A stretch of DNA of 64,000 nt from a virus. Numbering within the stretch: position 1 is the stretch's first letter; each line of letters begins with the position of its first letter. The translations under genes and the position numbers were made by a program. Location of the stretch: positions 74,037-138,036 of the IMG/VR virus record IMGVR_UViG_3300036715_002161. One strand, given 5' to 3'. This document shows, one piece after another, positions 55,767 through 64,000 of the stretch. The notes beneath the pieces are model-generated. The model was not told the origin of the DNA. It was given only the letters and a program-made list of their open reading frames with translations, and made no database searches.

Positions 55767-55983
55767 TAAAACCCCAAGCTTAAAGTATTATGGAATCAAA
55801 GTAAATAGGCCCATGGAAAAATTAGTTTCTTTTCTACCCAAGGTCAAGTCTCTAAAGTAGTTTGGATTTTTATAAAGGCTGATTCCACAGCCATAAGAAG
55901 TGAACCGAACGATTTCTACAGTAAATCTACCATCTTTAAGTTTTGCATCGAAAGGGTATTGCAGCATTGTTAAATCTCCTAGG

Positions 55984-56497
55984 TGACAAGTTACTGACAA
56001 AACTCCAAAAGTCTGTCAGAGGCATTTTGTCAGTTTGTCAATTTTTGGATTTTATTGACAAAATGGACAAATTAAAAAAGTTAATTAAAACAAAGAGTTA
56101 TCTATACTTTGTCAATAATTGACAAATGGGAAAATAGTTTTGTCAGTTGGATTTCTTTTTAAAATCAAGCACTTAACCCCATTATTGACAAACTGACAAA
56201 ACTTTTCGTGAAAATGTCACATCTTTTCTGTCTACAGCATAAAATTATTTGCCAACCTCTATAAAAGGAAAAGCCTGGGTCTCTACAAAAAAGAGCTAAC
56301 CCCTTGTTCTATATATATATATATTATATTATATTATATTATATATATATAGAGGTTGTCATACTTTCGTTCTAATAGAGCTTTTTATAGAGAGGTGGGG
56401 GCATTTTTTTCAAGAAAGTTTGTCAGTTTGTCAGTTGGGAAGGTAAGTACTTGATTTCAAACGAAAAGTTTGGAAAATGGCTTTGACAAACCTAAAA
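55984..56497. repeat. 514-bp inverted repeat, right copy
   Basis: Reverse complement of 22416-22929. Confidence 0.97.
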
Positions 56498-56526
56498 AGA
56501 GCCTAGGGAATTTCTCCCTAGGTTAT
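56494..56526 (-). terminator. Intrinsic terminator abutting the right repeat copy
   Basis: - strand CCTAGGGA-GAAAT-TCCCTAGG then CTCTTTTT. Confidence 0.7.
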
Positions 56527-56527
56527 T

Positions 56528-56623
56528 TCATTCCGGTAACATTGCTACTAGGGACATCAAGACCATCATCATTACTACTGGAATTAAATACATTGTTAGC
56601 AATACTTTTAGGACTATTACCAT
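56528..56623 (-). CDS. 31-aa hydrophobic peptide (not in ORF track)
   Basis: MVIVLKVLLTMYLIPVVMMMVLMSLVAMLPE, GAGGT RBS. Confidence 0.5.
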   Translation of the reverse strand: MVIVLKVLLTMYLIPVVMMMVLMSLVAMLPE

Positions 56624-56626
56624 TTG

Positions 56627-56851
56627 CTACCTCACTTCCTTTTCATACTTCTCTGGTAAAGTGTCCCCCGGCTTAACTACTGTAATACCAGTAGGGGTTT
56701 CGATACTGACGGGTTTACCAGAAATCCCGTCAAATATTACTGTAGGTTGGTCAAGATATTCTTTGAACTCACTACCTAACACATATGTGGCTCCTAATGC
56801 ACAAATTACTATCAGCAGATTTTTAACTACAGATTGAGTCATACTCTTCAT
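56627..56851 (-). CDS. Small membrane-anchored protein
   Basis: N-terminal TM helix. Confidence 0.6.
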   Translation of the reverse strand: MKSMTQSVVKNLLIVICALGATYVLGSEFKEYLDQPTVIFDGISGKPVSIETPTGITVVKPGDTLPEKYEKEVR

Positions 56852-57263
56852 TTATTTTCCTTTCAGATTTTTCAAATTTGTGCCAGTAGATTGCTGCACT
56901 CTTTTTAAACTGGCCTTTAAGATAACTACCGATACCGATGTTGTAAGCCTCGACGGCAGCCTTTTTAGATCCTAGGAGGCCATAGTAGCTTTCAAGCAGT
57001 ACTACCCCAGCCTGAATGTTTTCAGATGGCCTTAGAAGCTCTTTACGACGTTTTGGACTTTCAGATCTAACCATCATCAGACCTACTGATTTCTGATACT
57101 TGGCCTTAGGTTTGAAATTGGACTCTACCTGTATTATTGCCAGGACTTCAGAGCCATTGGGAAACCCTGTGGTAGAGGCTTTTTTGAAGACCTCCAGGCA
57201 GAGAGACTCAGCCTGCGCACAGATGGAGCTTACAATTAGAACCAGGAAGCATATAGTTTTCAC
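56823..57263 (-). CDS. Lytic transglycosylase (SLT domain) with signal peptide
   Basis: AIIQVESNF, SVGLMMV, ENIQAG, AYNIG. Confidence 0.85.
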   Translation of the reverse strand: MKTICFLVLIVSSICAQAESLCLEVFKKASTTGFPNGSEVLAIIQVESNFKPKAKYQKSVGLMMVRSESPKRRKELLRPSENIQAGVVLLESYYGLLGSKKAAVEAYNIGIGSYLKGQFKKSAAIYWHKFEKSERKINEEYDSICS

Positions 57264-57471
57264 CAGTCTTCTCCTTCAGATACTGTAAGGCTATTTTGTG
57301 CAAGATCATTATTGGAACTGATGGGAATTGGTCCTCCAGTACAAACCTTAAGGTTGGATGCTGTCTACCCTCGATCATCAGGCTTTTAACGGCAGCAGTA
57401 TGAGTTGGATTATCAAGGTCAAACACGACCTCCTTCTTTGGAACACCTTTAAGACTTTTACAAATATTCAT
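57208..57471 (-). CDS. Hypothetical protein
   Basis: AAGGAG RBS; follows promoter 57509-57538. Confidence 0.6.
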   Translation of the reverse strand: MNICKSLKGVPKKEVVFDLDNPTHTAAVKSLMIEGRQHPTLRFVLEDQFPSVPIMILHKIALQYLKEKTGENYMLPGSNCKLHLCAG

Positions 57472-57508
57472 TTGTATCTCCTTATTTATGTATGTTTACT
57501 TCAGAGAT

Positions 57509-57538
57509 CTTATACCAATAAACCTTGTTATTATCTAA
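57509..57538 (-). promoter_or_regulatory. Phage promoter TTAGATA-N14-TGGTATAAG
   Basis: Exact bipartite motif. Confidence 0.8.
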
Positions 57539-59252
57539 GACTTTCCACTATATCTACTAGGATTGCCTTATTACAAACAAGCTTCTGGTCAAGTCTTTCT
57601 AATACTCTATACTCTACTGGTGAGTCTGATAAAATTCTCCAGTAATGGCACTCTCTTTTCTGAGACATTCTATGTATCCGATCTTGCTGCTGTAGGTATA
57701 CCTCTAATGAGAAGTTAATACTATAAAAAACCATGTTACAGACGTCAGAAGAAAACCCTGGTAAAATCTCTTCTTCTTGGTGACCAGTAATAGTTACCCC
57801 GTAGTTGATACTCTTGGCCTGACAGATTAAAACCTTTACTGTCTTGTTTTTATTAAAATCCGCCACCTTACCGGCTGCATCCTTTTCCCCACCGGCAATT
57901 ACTTCATACGTAATACCAGCCTTATCAAGATACTCTTTTATTATGGCCAGTTCAGCCCGTAGATTAAACCAAAGAACTACTCTTTCGGTCTTGAGCCCTT
58001 CTGTCAATAGTTTGACCATGGCTTCGGCCTTGGGTTGCCCGCTAAAAACCTGGGTCTTCCTAGGCCTGTCATCTTTGACCTTACCCGGTTGGCCGAATAA
58101 GTCAGCCAATAAACTTTTAGTATCAGACTCAGATTCTTTATAGTAGATAAACCCATTTGAAATCTGATTTAGTTTACTCAGAAGGGAGAGTGGGTTATCT
58201 ACTTCAACTATACTGCCATCGGCTAATGTACACATATAGTTAGATGCCAAGGCTTCATACAGGTCCTTCTGGTCTGAGGCCATACTTACTTGTATATCAT
58301 GAAACTTTTTGGCTGGTAGGTCTAGCCATTCCTCTTTTGTCATAACCACAGAAACAGAGGCTAATATGTCCCTGACCTCTTCAATATTTCTGTAACCCAC
58401 TACAATCTTTGGAGCTTTTGAATCCTTCTGATTTACCTGGACAGTATATTCGTTCTTGAAGTGACTATAGTAGTTACCCACAATCTCTAGTTCCAGGAAT
58501 TTGACAGGGGCGTAGATGTCTAAAGGAGAGTTATTTACCAAGGTCCCAGACATAATCATTTTTGATTCTAGGCTAAAAATCCTGGATAGTCTAAGTATGG
58601 ACTCCGTCCTAGAAGTCTTGATATTCTTTATAAGGGCTTCGTCAACACCCATAAACTGCCATTGTATCTTGGACAGCGGACCTTCCAAGATTACTGCCTT
58701 GTCATAGTTGATCACCACCAGGTCTGCCTGTAATATTCCTGGAAGCTCTTGTTCCCAATTGGTTGTTTCAATTACATATACCTTGAGTTCAGGCCTATGT
58801 TTAAGGGCCTCCTCTACCCAGACCCCTTTTAGTGTTACAGGGCAGATGACCAACGACTTTACAAATTTCATCAAAAAGATAAAATCCAGGACAACTTTTG
58901 TCTTACCCATGCCAGGTTCTAATAAAAGCCCTAGATTTCTAAAGGTATAGGCAAACCTCAAGGCTATTAGTTGATGCCTTTCTGGATTGGTAAAAAAGGT
59001 AAAGTCTGAGGGTAGGTCCAGAATCTTAATCTTGGTCTGGACCATCTCTTTTATGTCGGCAGAAAAGCTTATCTTTTTAAATCTGGTCTTGATTCTACTA
59101 TAAAGGTTCTGAACTAATCTCTGGTCGTACTTACAGGAAAGAAAAGAGCCTCTTGGTAGAAGCCCTGGAAATTTATGTAGTTTGGATAATTCTTTGCTGC
59201 CTTCCGGCTCAAAAATTACACAAGTTTTAGCCAGGTCACTATATATTTTCAT
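57531..59252 (-). CDS. SNF2-family helicase
   Basis: EPGMGKT, LVICP, INYD, VDEA, MSGT, QQQDRIHRMSQ; start likely MKIYSD at 59252. Confidence 0.9.
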   Translation of the reverse strand: MKIYSDLAKTCVIFEPEGSKELSKLHKFPGLLPRGSFLSCKYDQRLVQNLYSRIKTRFKKISFSADIKEMVQTKIKILDLPSDFTFFTNPERHQLIALRFAYTFRNLGLLLEPGMGKTKVVLDFIFLMKFVKSLVICPVTLKGVWVEEALKHRPELKVYVIETTNWEQELPGILQADLVVINYDKAVILEGPLSKIQWQFMGVDEALIKNIKTSRTESILRLSRIFSLESKMIMSGTLVNNSPLDIYAPVKFLELEIVGNYYSHFKNEYTVQVNQKDSKAPKIVVGYRNIEEVRDILASVSVVMTKEEWLDLPAKKFHDIQVSMASDQKDLYEALASNYMCTLADGSIVEVDNPLSLLSKLNQISNGFIYYKESESDTKSLLADLFGQPGKVKDDRPRKTQVFSGQPKAEAMVKLLTEGLKTERVVLWFNLRAELAIIKEYLDKAGITYEVIAGGEKDAAGKVADFNKNKTVKVLICQAKSINYGVTITGHQEEEILPGFSSDVCNMVFYSINFSLEVYLQQQDRIHRMSQKRECHYWRILSDSPVEYRVLERLDQKLVCNKAILVDIVESLR

Positions 59253-59577
59253 TATCCCATACTTTCTTACCAAAACTAAATGCCTCGGCCACTGCAAACG
59301 CCCTTGGTATAACTTCCCTTAATCTGATTAATTCTGCATAGCTTTTTGGAAAAACTAAAACTACAGGGTAATTCCACTGTATTTGTTGCTCACAAGGTAT
59401 CCTCTGGTATATATCTAATCTGTCTGAAAAATTTATTTTTGACAAGACTATTAAATTACTTTTTGTTATTTCTGATTCATGAAGGGCCCAGGAAGACACT
59501 ATACTAGCCATCCCGAATCCAATCACATTCACATCTTCTTGTCTATTTCTAGTCCATCTTCTTATCCAATTAAACAT
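59239..59577 (-). CDS. Hypothetical protein
   Basis: Packed ORF. Confidence 0.55.
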   Translation of the reverse strand: MFNWIRRWTRNRQEDVNVIGFGMASIVSSWALHESEITKSNLIVLSKINFSDRLDIYQRIPCEQQIQWNYPVVLVFPKSYAELIRLREVIPRAFAVAEAFSFGKKVWDNENI

Positions 59578-59947
59578 CGTATTTACTTATACCTTTATCG
59601 GTTGTATAAAAAACTCTTTTAATACCAACTGCCCTTATCAATTCCTGACAGGTAACACAGGGCAATGCCAAGGCCTTAGTACCATCTTTTTTAATTCTGG
59701 TTACATATAGGTAAGATCCTACTAGGTCTGATTGTAGTCCGGCATTTAAGGCTTTGATTATGGCGGCCTGTTCTGCATGTAGGGTATGTTCTACTTTCCT
59801 GGGTAAGATAAAGCCTTTGGGATCTCTATAACATCGTATTGCATTATGGGCATAGGATACCAAACACTTCTTTTTTGTAATTACCGCCCCTACTCTGGCC
59901 CTGTCAAAGGTACTTTTCTTGGCCTGCCTTTCAGCTATTCTGATCAT
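59570..59947 (-). CDS. Zinc-dependent cytidine/dCMP deaminase-like protein
   Basis: RVGAVI, LHAEQAAI, PCVTC, GIKRVFY. Confidence 0.88.
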   Translation of the reverse strand: MIRIAERQAKKSTFDRARVGAVITKKKCLVSYAHNAIRCYRDPKGFILPRKVEHTLHAEQAAIIKALNAGLQSDLVGSYLYVTRIKKDGTKALALPCVTCQELIRAVGIKRVFYTTDKGISKYDV

Positions 59948-60269
59948 AGGTTTTGAGAAAAGAATCTAAGTAGTTATTGATACTGCGTAAGACCTTTAAG
60001 GTCTCTACTGCATTCTCTTTAGATAACAGGTAGATCAGCTGTCCTAGTTTGATGGCATCTTCCTCTAGATTCTTGGGTACTTTAACACTTACTGAAAGGC
60101 ATATTTCAGTGCCTTTCAAAGCCTTGCCCCTTACTTCATTTAAGAAGTTATCTGAGATCAGTGGATGCTCGTGTAAATAAAGAAGTTCTGAAATCGGAGG
60201 GTCAGTGTCATCACCTTCAAAAAACTTCTTTATTTTTGGATTATTAAAAGAAAAATTGAAATCACTCAT
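59931..60269 (-). CDS. Hypothetical protein
   Basis: Packed ORF. Confidence 0.55.
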   Translation of the reverse strand: MSDFNFSFNNPKIKKFFEGDDTDPPISELLYLHEHPLISDNFLNEVRGKALKGTEICLSVSVKVPKNLEEDAIKLGQLIYLLSKENAVETLKVLRSINNYLDSFLKTYDQNS

Positions 60270-60468
60270 TGCCTTGTATTACCTCGTATCCCATTCCATC
60301 TATATCTGACCTAATTGACCATGGTGGTTTCAGGAAGTCAGTGAAATTATCGTCATTTAACCTAGTAGTGACCTTAAACTTTATCCCTTCTGAAATCAGG
60401 AAGTCGACTACCGCGAAATTACTACCTTTAGTAGCTAATAAGGCCAGGGGTATCTTTACCTTAGTCAT
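60262..60468 (-). CDS. Hypothetical protein
   Basis: AGGAG RBS. Confidence 0.55.
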   Translation of the reverse strand: MTKVKIPLALLATKGSNFAVVDFLISEGIKFKVTTRLNDDNFTDFLKPPWSIRSDIDGMGYEVIQGNE

Positions 60469-60478
60469 TTTGTCTCCT

Positions 60479-60510
60479 AAAAAAACCCGAGTATACTCTC
60501 TCGGATTTCT
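60479..60510 (-). terminator. Intrinsic terminator
   Basis: - strand TCCGAG-AGAGTATA-CTCGGG followed by a T run. Confidence 0.65.
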
Positions 60511-60518
60511 ATGTCAAG

Positions 60519-60932
60519 TCAGAGGGAAGAGACTATATCTTGATCCTGGTCCATTTCCCCAGAAGCCTTATATAGGGCTAGACTACCAAGTATTACAACT
60601 GCCGCCCCAAGGACAAAACTGTATTTGCCTCGGTTGTCATAGATATGATCTAGGGTTTTTCTTATCCAGGATCTATCCACTTCGGTAATCTCGTACTTGG
60701 CCCTTCTTTCGACAACAGTTCGACGATCCCAGCTATCAGGATCCTCTCTAATATTATCCAGAACAATACCTAATTCCAAGACTTTACGACCCAGCTCCAT
60801 CTTGGCAGCCAGGTCAGTACAATCTTCATACTGCTCAGTAATATCTGAAAGAACATCTTCCATTGCTGGTATTAATCCCTTCGGGTCTTCAATTTCAACT
60901 ATTCTTATCTCTTCCAGAGCCTGCATTTCCAA
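60519..60932 (-). CDS. Hypothetical protein with C-terminal TM helix
   Basis: FVLGAAVVILGSLAL. Confidence 0.55.
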   Translation of the reverse strand: MEMQALEEIRIVEIEDPKGLIPAMEDVLSDITEQYEDCTDLAAKMELGRKVLELGIVLDNIREDPDSWDRRTVVERRAKYEITEVDRSWIRKTLDHIYDNRGKYSFVLGAAVVILGSLALYKASGEMDQDQDIVSSL

Positions 60933-60940
60933 CCTACCTT

Positions 60941-61183
60941 TCAGACTTCCAATACTTCCAATACTATGCCCTTAAGGATTTCTATTTCTACAGGGTCAAC
61001 GGTACCCGACTTCATCATCTCCATCAACTTGTGGGAAAATGATTCTAGTTTCAGGTCAATACTGTTACACTCTTCAAGGCCACCTAGGAGGTCATCAGTC
61101 CGCTGCTTATTTTCCAATTTCAGCCTACTGACAAGTTGCAGAACCTCAAATGCTCCAGTTTCAGTTTCATTAAGTTCGCTCAT
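60941..61183 (-). CDS. Hypothetical protein (likely start MSELNET)
   Basis: Internal ATG with AAGGTG RBS overlapping the upstream gene end. Confidence 0.5.
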   Translation of the reverse strand: MSELNETETGAFEVLQLVSRLKLENKQRTDDLLGGLEECNSIDLKLESFSHKLMEMMKSGTVDPVEIEILKGIVLEVLEV

Positions 61184-61454
61184 TTTCTTCACCTTTAAGT
61201 AATGTACGGAACACGTCTTTGGCCTCTTTTTCAAAAGACAGGAAATCGGCAAATACTGCCTCCCGCCCACAGTTGTCAATTTTTGGATCAGCAATTTTTG
61301 TCTCAAAACTAGCTAAGACTTTTTTGGCCTGTTGGAACTGTAAAGAATTCTCTTCTTTTTTGTTTACCTCTAGTAGATGTCCTAGGGACAGAATCCGCAT
61401 ATACATCAGACGGGATTGGCTTGGTAGACTAATTAATACTTCAGTTCTGTTCAT
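61170..61454 (-). CDS. Hypothetical protein
   Basis: AAGGAG RBS; follows promoter 61498-61527 (TTAAATA-N14-TGGTATAAG). Confidence 0.6.
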   Translation of the reverse strand: MNRTEVLISLPSQSRLMYMRILSLGHLLEVNKKEENSLQFQQAKKVLASFETKIADPKIDNCGREAVFADFLSFEKEAKDVFRTLLKGEENERT

Positions 61455-61523
61455 TTATTGCTCCTTTATATAGTTGAGTGAAATTTCCTGCATGATACTT
61501 ATACCAAAATTACCCACTGTTAT

Positions 61524-61733
61524 TTAATGTATTTTATTGTAATAGGAAATTCTCAGGTCAATTACTCGAACACATAGCTTCAGGGCATCTATATGAGCCT
61601 GTATCATATTTTGTTCAAATCCATCGTACTCTAACACTTGTTTCTCAAGATCACTAATTTTTAAGTCGGTAATGGCTTTTTCGGCCAATAATAGTCTAAC
61701 CTCTTTTTCCATCCCATCTTCTCCTGTTGACAA
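61524..61733 (-). CDS. Hypothetical protein, first gene of the leftward block
   Basis: Follows TGGTATAAG at 61751-61759. Confidence 0.5.
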   Translation of the reverse strand: MSTGEDGMEKEVRLLLAEKAITDLKISDLEKQVLEYDGFEQNMIQAHIDALKLCVRVIDLRISYYNKIH

Positions 61734-61750
61734 ATAAGTCCTTCTATGTT

Positions 61751-61793
61751 CTTATACCACTTTTAATCCGTATTCTCTACCAGAGTTAAAATA
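61751..61793. promoter_or_regulatory. Back-to-back divergent promoters (leftward TGGTATAAG class, rightward GTTAAAATA class)
   Basis: CTTATACCA at 61751-61759 and GTTAAAATA at 61785-61793 at the strand switch. Confidence 0.7.
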
Positions 61794-61815
61794 CTGGGTA
61801 ACCTATAACTTCTAT

Positions 61816-63540
61816 ATGAACCTTGATCCTACTACTATAAGTGGCCCCGGCTTTGGTGCAAATCAATCAGGAAATCCCTGGTTTAACTTGGCCAACCAAT
61901 ATGCTCCCAGGAACCTACATGACATCATTCGTTGGGCCAGGTATATTATCTTACAATCACCAACGGCCACAGAAGTTATACGGAAATTGGCCACCTACCC
62001 AATTACTGACTTTAATATAGACACCAAGAGTGAGCCTTTAAAAAAGAGGTATAGGGATATTTTCAAGTCCTTAAAACTTAAGGAGTCCTTACAGAACTGT
62101 GGGTTCGAGTTCTTTTCAATTGGTAATGTATTCGTTTCAATCTACTTGCCAATAAACCGTGAACTGGTCTGCCCTAAGTGTTTGACTAGACATAGTAGTA
62201 AAAAAGCCTCTTTCCTATCCTTTAAGAAGTGGGAATTTACAGGAGCCTGCCCTACCCATGGATGTGGATATTCTGGTGTATTTACTCGTCATGATTCCAA
62301 GTCAATGAACGTAGCCGACATCAATATCATTAAGTGGACTCCAGAACATATCGTAGTAAACCATAATCCTATTACTGGAGAAAAAGACTTTTACTATAAG
62401 ATACCCAATTCACTCAAACAGAAGATTCAAAGAGGAGATAGGTTAGCCGTCAATTCAACCCCTTGGGGGTTTATAGAGGCTATCAGACATAATCAGGACT
62501 TTAAGTTTGATACTGATGCCATCTTTCATTTACAGAATATTTCTACTGGTGGTAGTATTGAAGGCGTGGCCGTCCCTCCAATGTTGTCCCTGTTTAGCCT
62601 GGTCTTTTATCAGGCAACCCTTAGGAAGGCAAATGAGGCCATAGCCACAGAGTATCTGACCCCGCTCAGAACAATCTTCCCACAGGCCCAGACGGGTAAT
62701 TCAGACCCGTCCCTGGCCCTAAACCTGAAAAACTTCCGTAATATAATGGAAAATGCCATTAGATTACACAAAAGGGATAAGAACCACTATCTGATTGCTC
62801 CGGTACCTATTGGATATAATGCTCTGAGTGGGGAGGGTAAAAACCTAATGGTAAGCCAGGAGATTGCCCAGGCCGAGGAACAGATCCTTATTAGTCTAGG
62901 AGTCTCTCAGGAACTGCTTAGTGGTACTACCAACTGGACTAGTACCAGCGTAGGTCTACGTATGATGGAGAATACTCTTCTGTCTTATATCTCTAGGATT
63001 GAAGACCTTGTATCTTGGAGCATGGCCAAGATTACAGCCTACTTGGGATTAGCTAATGTAGAAGTCTCAATGGTGCCTTTCCGTCTGTTGGACGACCCAG
63101 CCTTTAAACAATTACTACTTAGTCTTGCCTCAAGCGGTAAAGCCTCCCTTACCACGTTGTTTGAAGAGAATGGCTTAGATTTTCACAGCGAGATGGAAAA
63201 TCTTATTGACGAAGCCGCAGCCGCAGCCTCTTCTGTAGTCGAAACTCAGGTTAGGTCCGAGCAGGCCCAATTTATGGCGGCCTCCAAGGCAGGAGAGGAT
63301 ATTACCAAAGACCTATCTTTCGTATCCGCCTTGGCCAAGAGTCAGATGATATACGAACAGATATCTGGAGCTAGTCCAGAAGATAAAAAGGCTATGCTCA
63401 ATCAGCTAAAAATGGCTGACTATGGTCAATATTGGATGGTCAGTCAATTGATGGCAGGAGTCCTACAAGAAGAACAACCCCAAACTCAGGTAGAACAACC
63501 ACAACCTCAGGAGAATACGGATGCTAAACAGGGACAGTAA
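61816..63540 (+). CDS. Probable portal protein with Cys-rich insertion
   Basis: Size, first gene of + block; KLATYPITD, EFFSIGNVFVSI, IFHL...PPMLS, LGVSQELLSG resemble portal motifs. Confidence 0.65.
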   Translation: MNLDPTTISGPGFGANQSGNPWFNLANQYAPRNLHDIIRWARYIILQSPTATEVIRKLATYPITDFNIDTKSEPLKKRYRDIFKSLKLKESLQNCGFEFFSIGNVFVSIYLPINRELVCPKCLTRHSSKKASFLSFKKWEFTGACPTHGCGYSGVFTRHDSKSMNVADINIIKWTPEHIVVNHNPITGEKDFYYKIPNSLKQKIQRGDRLAVNSTPWGFIEAIRHNQDFKFDTDAIFHLQNISTGGSIEGVAVPPMLSLFSLVFYQATLRKANEAIATEYLTPLRTIFPQAQTGNSDPSLALNLKNFRNIMENAIRLHKRDKNHYLIAPVPIGYNALSGEGKNLMVSQEIAQAEEQILISLGVSQELLSGTTNWTSTSVGLRMMENTLLSYISRIEDLVSWSMAKITAYLGLANVEVSMVPFRLLDDPAFKQLLLSLASSGKASLTTLFEENGLDFHSEMENLIDEAAAAASSVVETQVRSEQAQFMAASKAGEDITKDLSFVSALAKSQMIYEQISGASPEDKKAMLNQLKMADYGQYWMVSQLMAGVLQEEQPQTQVEQPQPQENTDAKQGQ

Positions 63541-63757
63541 TATGCCATTAATGTCCTCTACTAAAAATGAGGCCAATGATTATAACATTAAGTACCTGAA
63601 GGTTGACCTTGATGATGCCTCTGGAATAGTGGACTTACAAGATATAGAAACTAGAGCCTTAAGGGATGCTGGTGTACAAATAATGACCCGTGATAAATTC
63701 ACTTTTATGGATCGGTACTTTATGATAATTTCTTATATGGAACGAAATGCAGCCTAA
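63521..63757 (+). CDS. Hypothetical protein
   Basis: Overlaps both neighbours in operon style. Confidence 0.55.
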   Translation: MLNRDSNMPLMSSTKNEANDYNIKYLKVDLDDASGIVDLQDIETRALRDAGVQIMTRDKFTFMDRYFMIISYMERNAA

Positions 63758-64000
63758 ATTAACTCCCATCTATTCTGACCCTAGCGACATTAATAGACAT
63801 GCCGATTCTGTCCTGGAAACGGCCTTGACCGAGCAGTTCCCTATTGAGAGCAAGAATTATATCTTACAGGTCAGTAATGTAAAAGCAGATCCTAAGAAGT
63901 TTACGGCAAATGATGAAAAGACGGCCATCCTACAATCCAAGTCTTTGACCTATCCAATTAGAGGAGACCTAACCTTGACCTCCAAGGCCACGGGTAAGGT
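63747..64000 (+). CDS. N-terminus of a multisubunit RNA polymerase beta-like subunit (truncated by window; not in ORF track)
   Basis: MQPKLTP...EQFPIESKNYILQVSNV...SKSLTYPIRGDLTL resembles bacterial RpoB N-terminal FPI.S...L......TY..P.R..L.L. Confidence 0.65.
   Translation, partial: MQPKLTPIYSDPSDINRHADSVLETALTEQFPIESKNYILQVSNVKADPKKFTANDEKTAILQSKSLTYPIRGDLTLTSKATGK

Noticed and set aside
22416-56497. Inverted repeats as transposon/IS ends or prophage att sites
   Set aside because: No transposase or integrase in the window, the repeats are long and iteron-rich, and the enclosed genes are core phage replication genes.
4217-61473. Many 60-140 aa antisense or nested ORFs in the track (e.g. 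4217-4528, 8648-8926, 38180-38545, 60269-60688)
   Set aside because: They lie inside well-supported genes on the other strand or frame and have no motifs or RBS.
1-64000. Stop-codon reassignment
   Set aside because: Long genes are intact under the standard code, all three stop codons end genes, and no suppressor tRNA was seen.

Overview
This window is part of a large, AT-rich, apparently lytic tailed phage genome with a contractile-tail type baseplate; spanins and IHF-consensus sites point to a Gram-negative (probably proteobacterial) host. It has three blocks. (1) 1-20.9 kb, + strand: baseplate, tail fibre/adhesin and lysis genes plus an embedded sigma factor. (2) 20.95-61.7 kb, almost all - strand: UDG-fused family A DNA polymerase, primase-helicase, RuvC, two SF2 helicases, nrdAB, a Prs-like + Nampt-like pair, two RNA ligases, two tRNAs, six mosaic paralogs, and one + strand sigma factor. 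(3) 61.8-64 kb, + strand: probable portal and the start of an RpoB-like RNA polymerase subunit. The most striking non-coding signals are: a 514-bp near-identical inverted repeat (22416-22929 and 55984-56497) with origin-like internal structure bracketing the 33-kb replication module; an ORF-free, hairpin-dense ~550-nt transcription unit beside the left copy; a ~240-nt structured leader with a terminator ahead of the NAD operon; and two phage-specific promoter motifs (TTAGATA-N14-TGGTATAAG and GTTAAAATA) that suggest a sigma cascade. All calls come from reading motifs by eye; no searches or folding programs were run.
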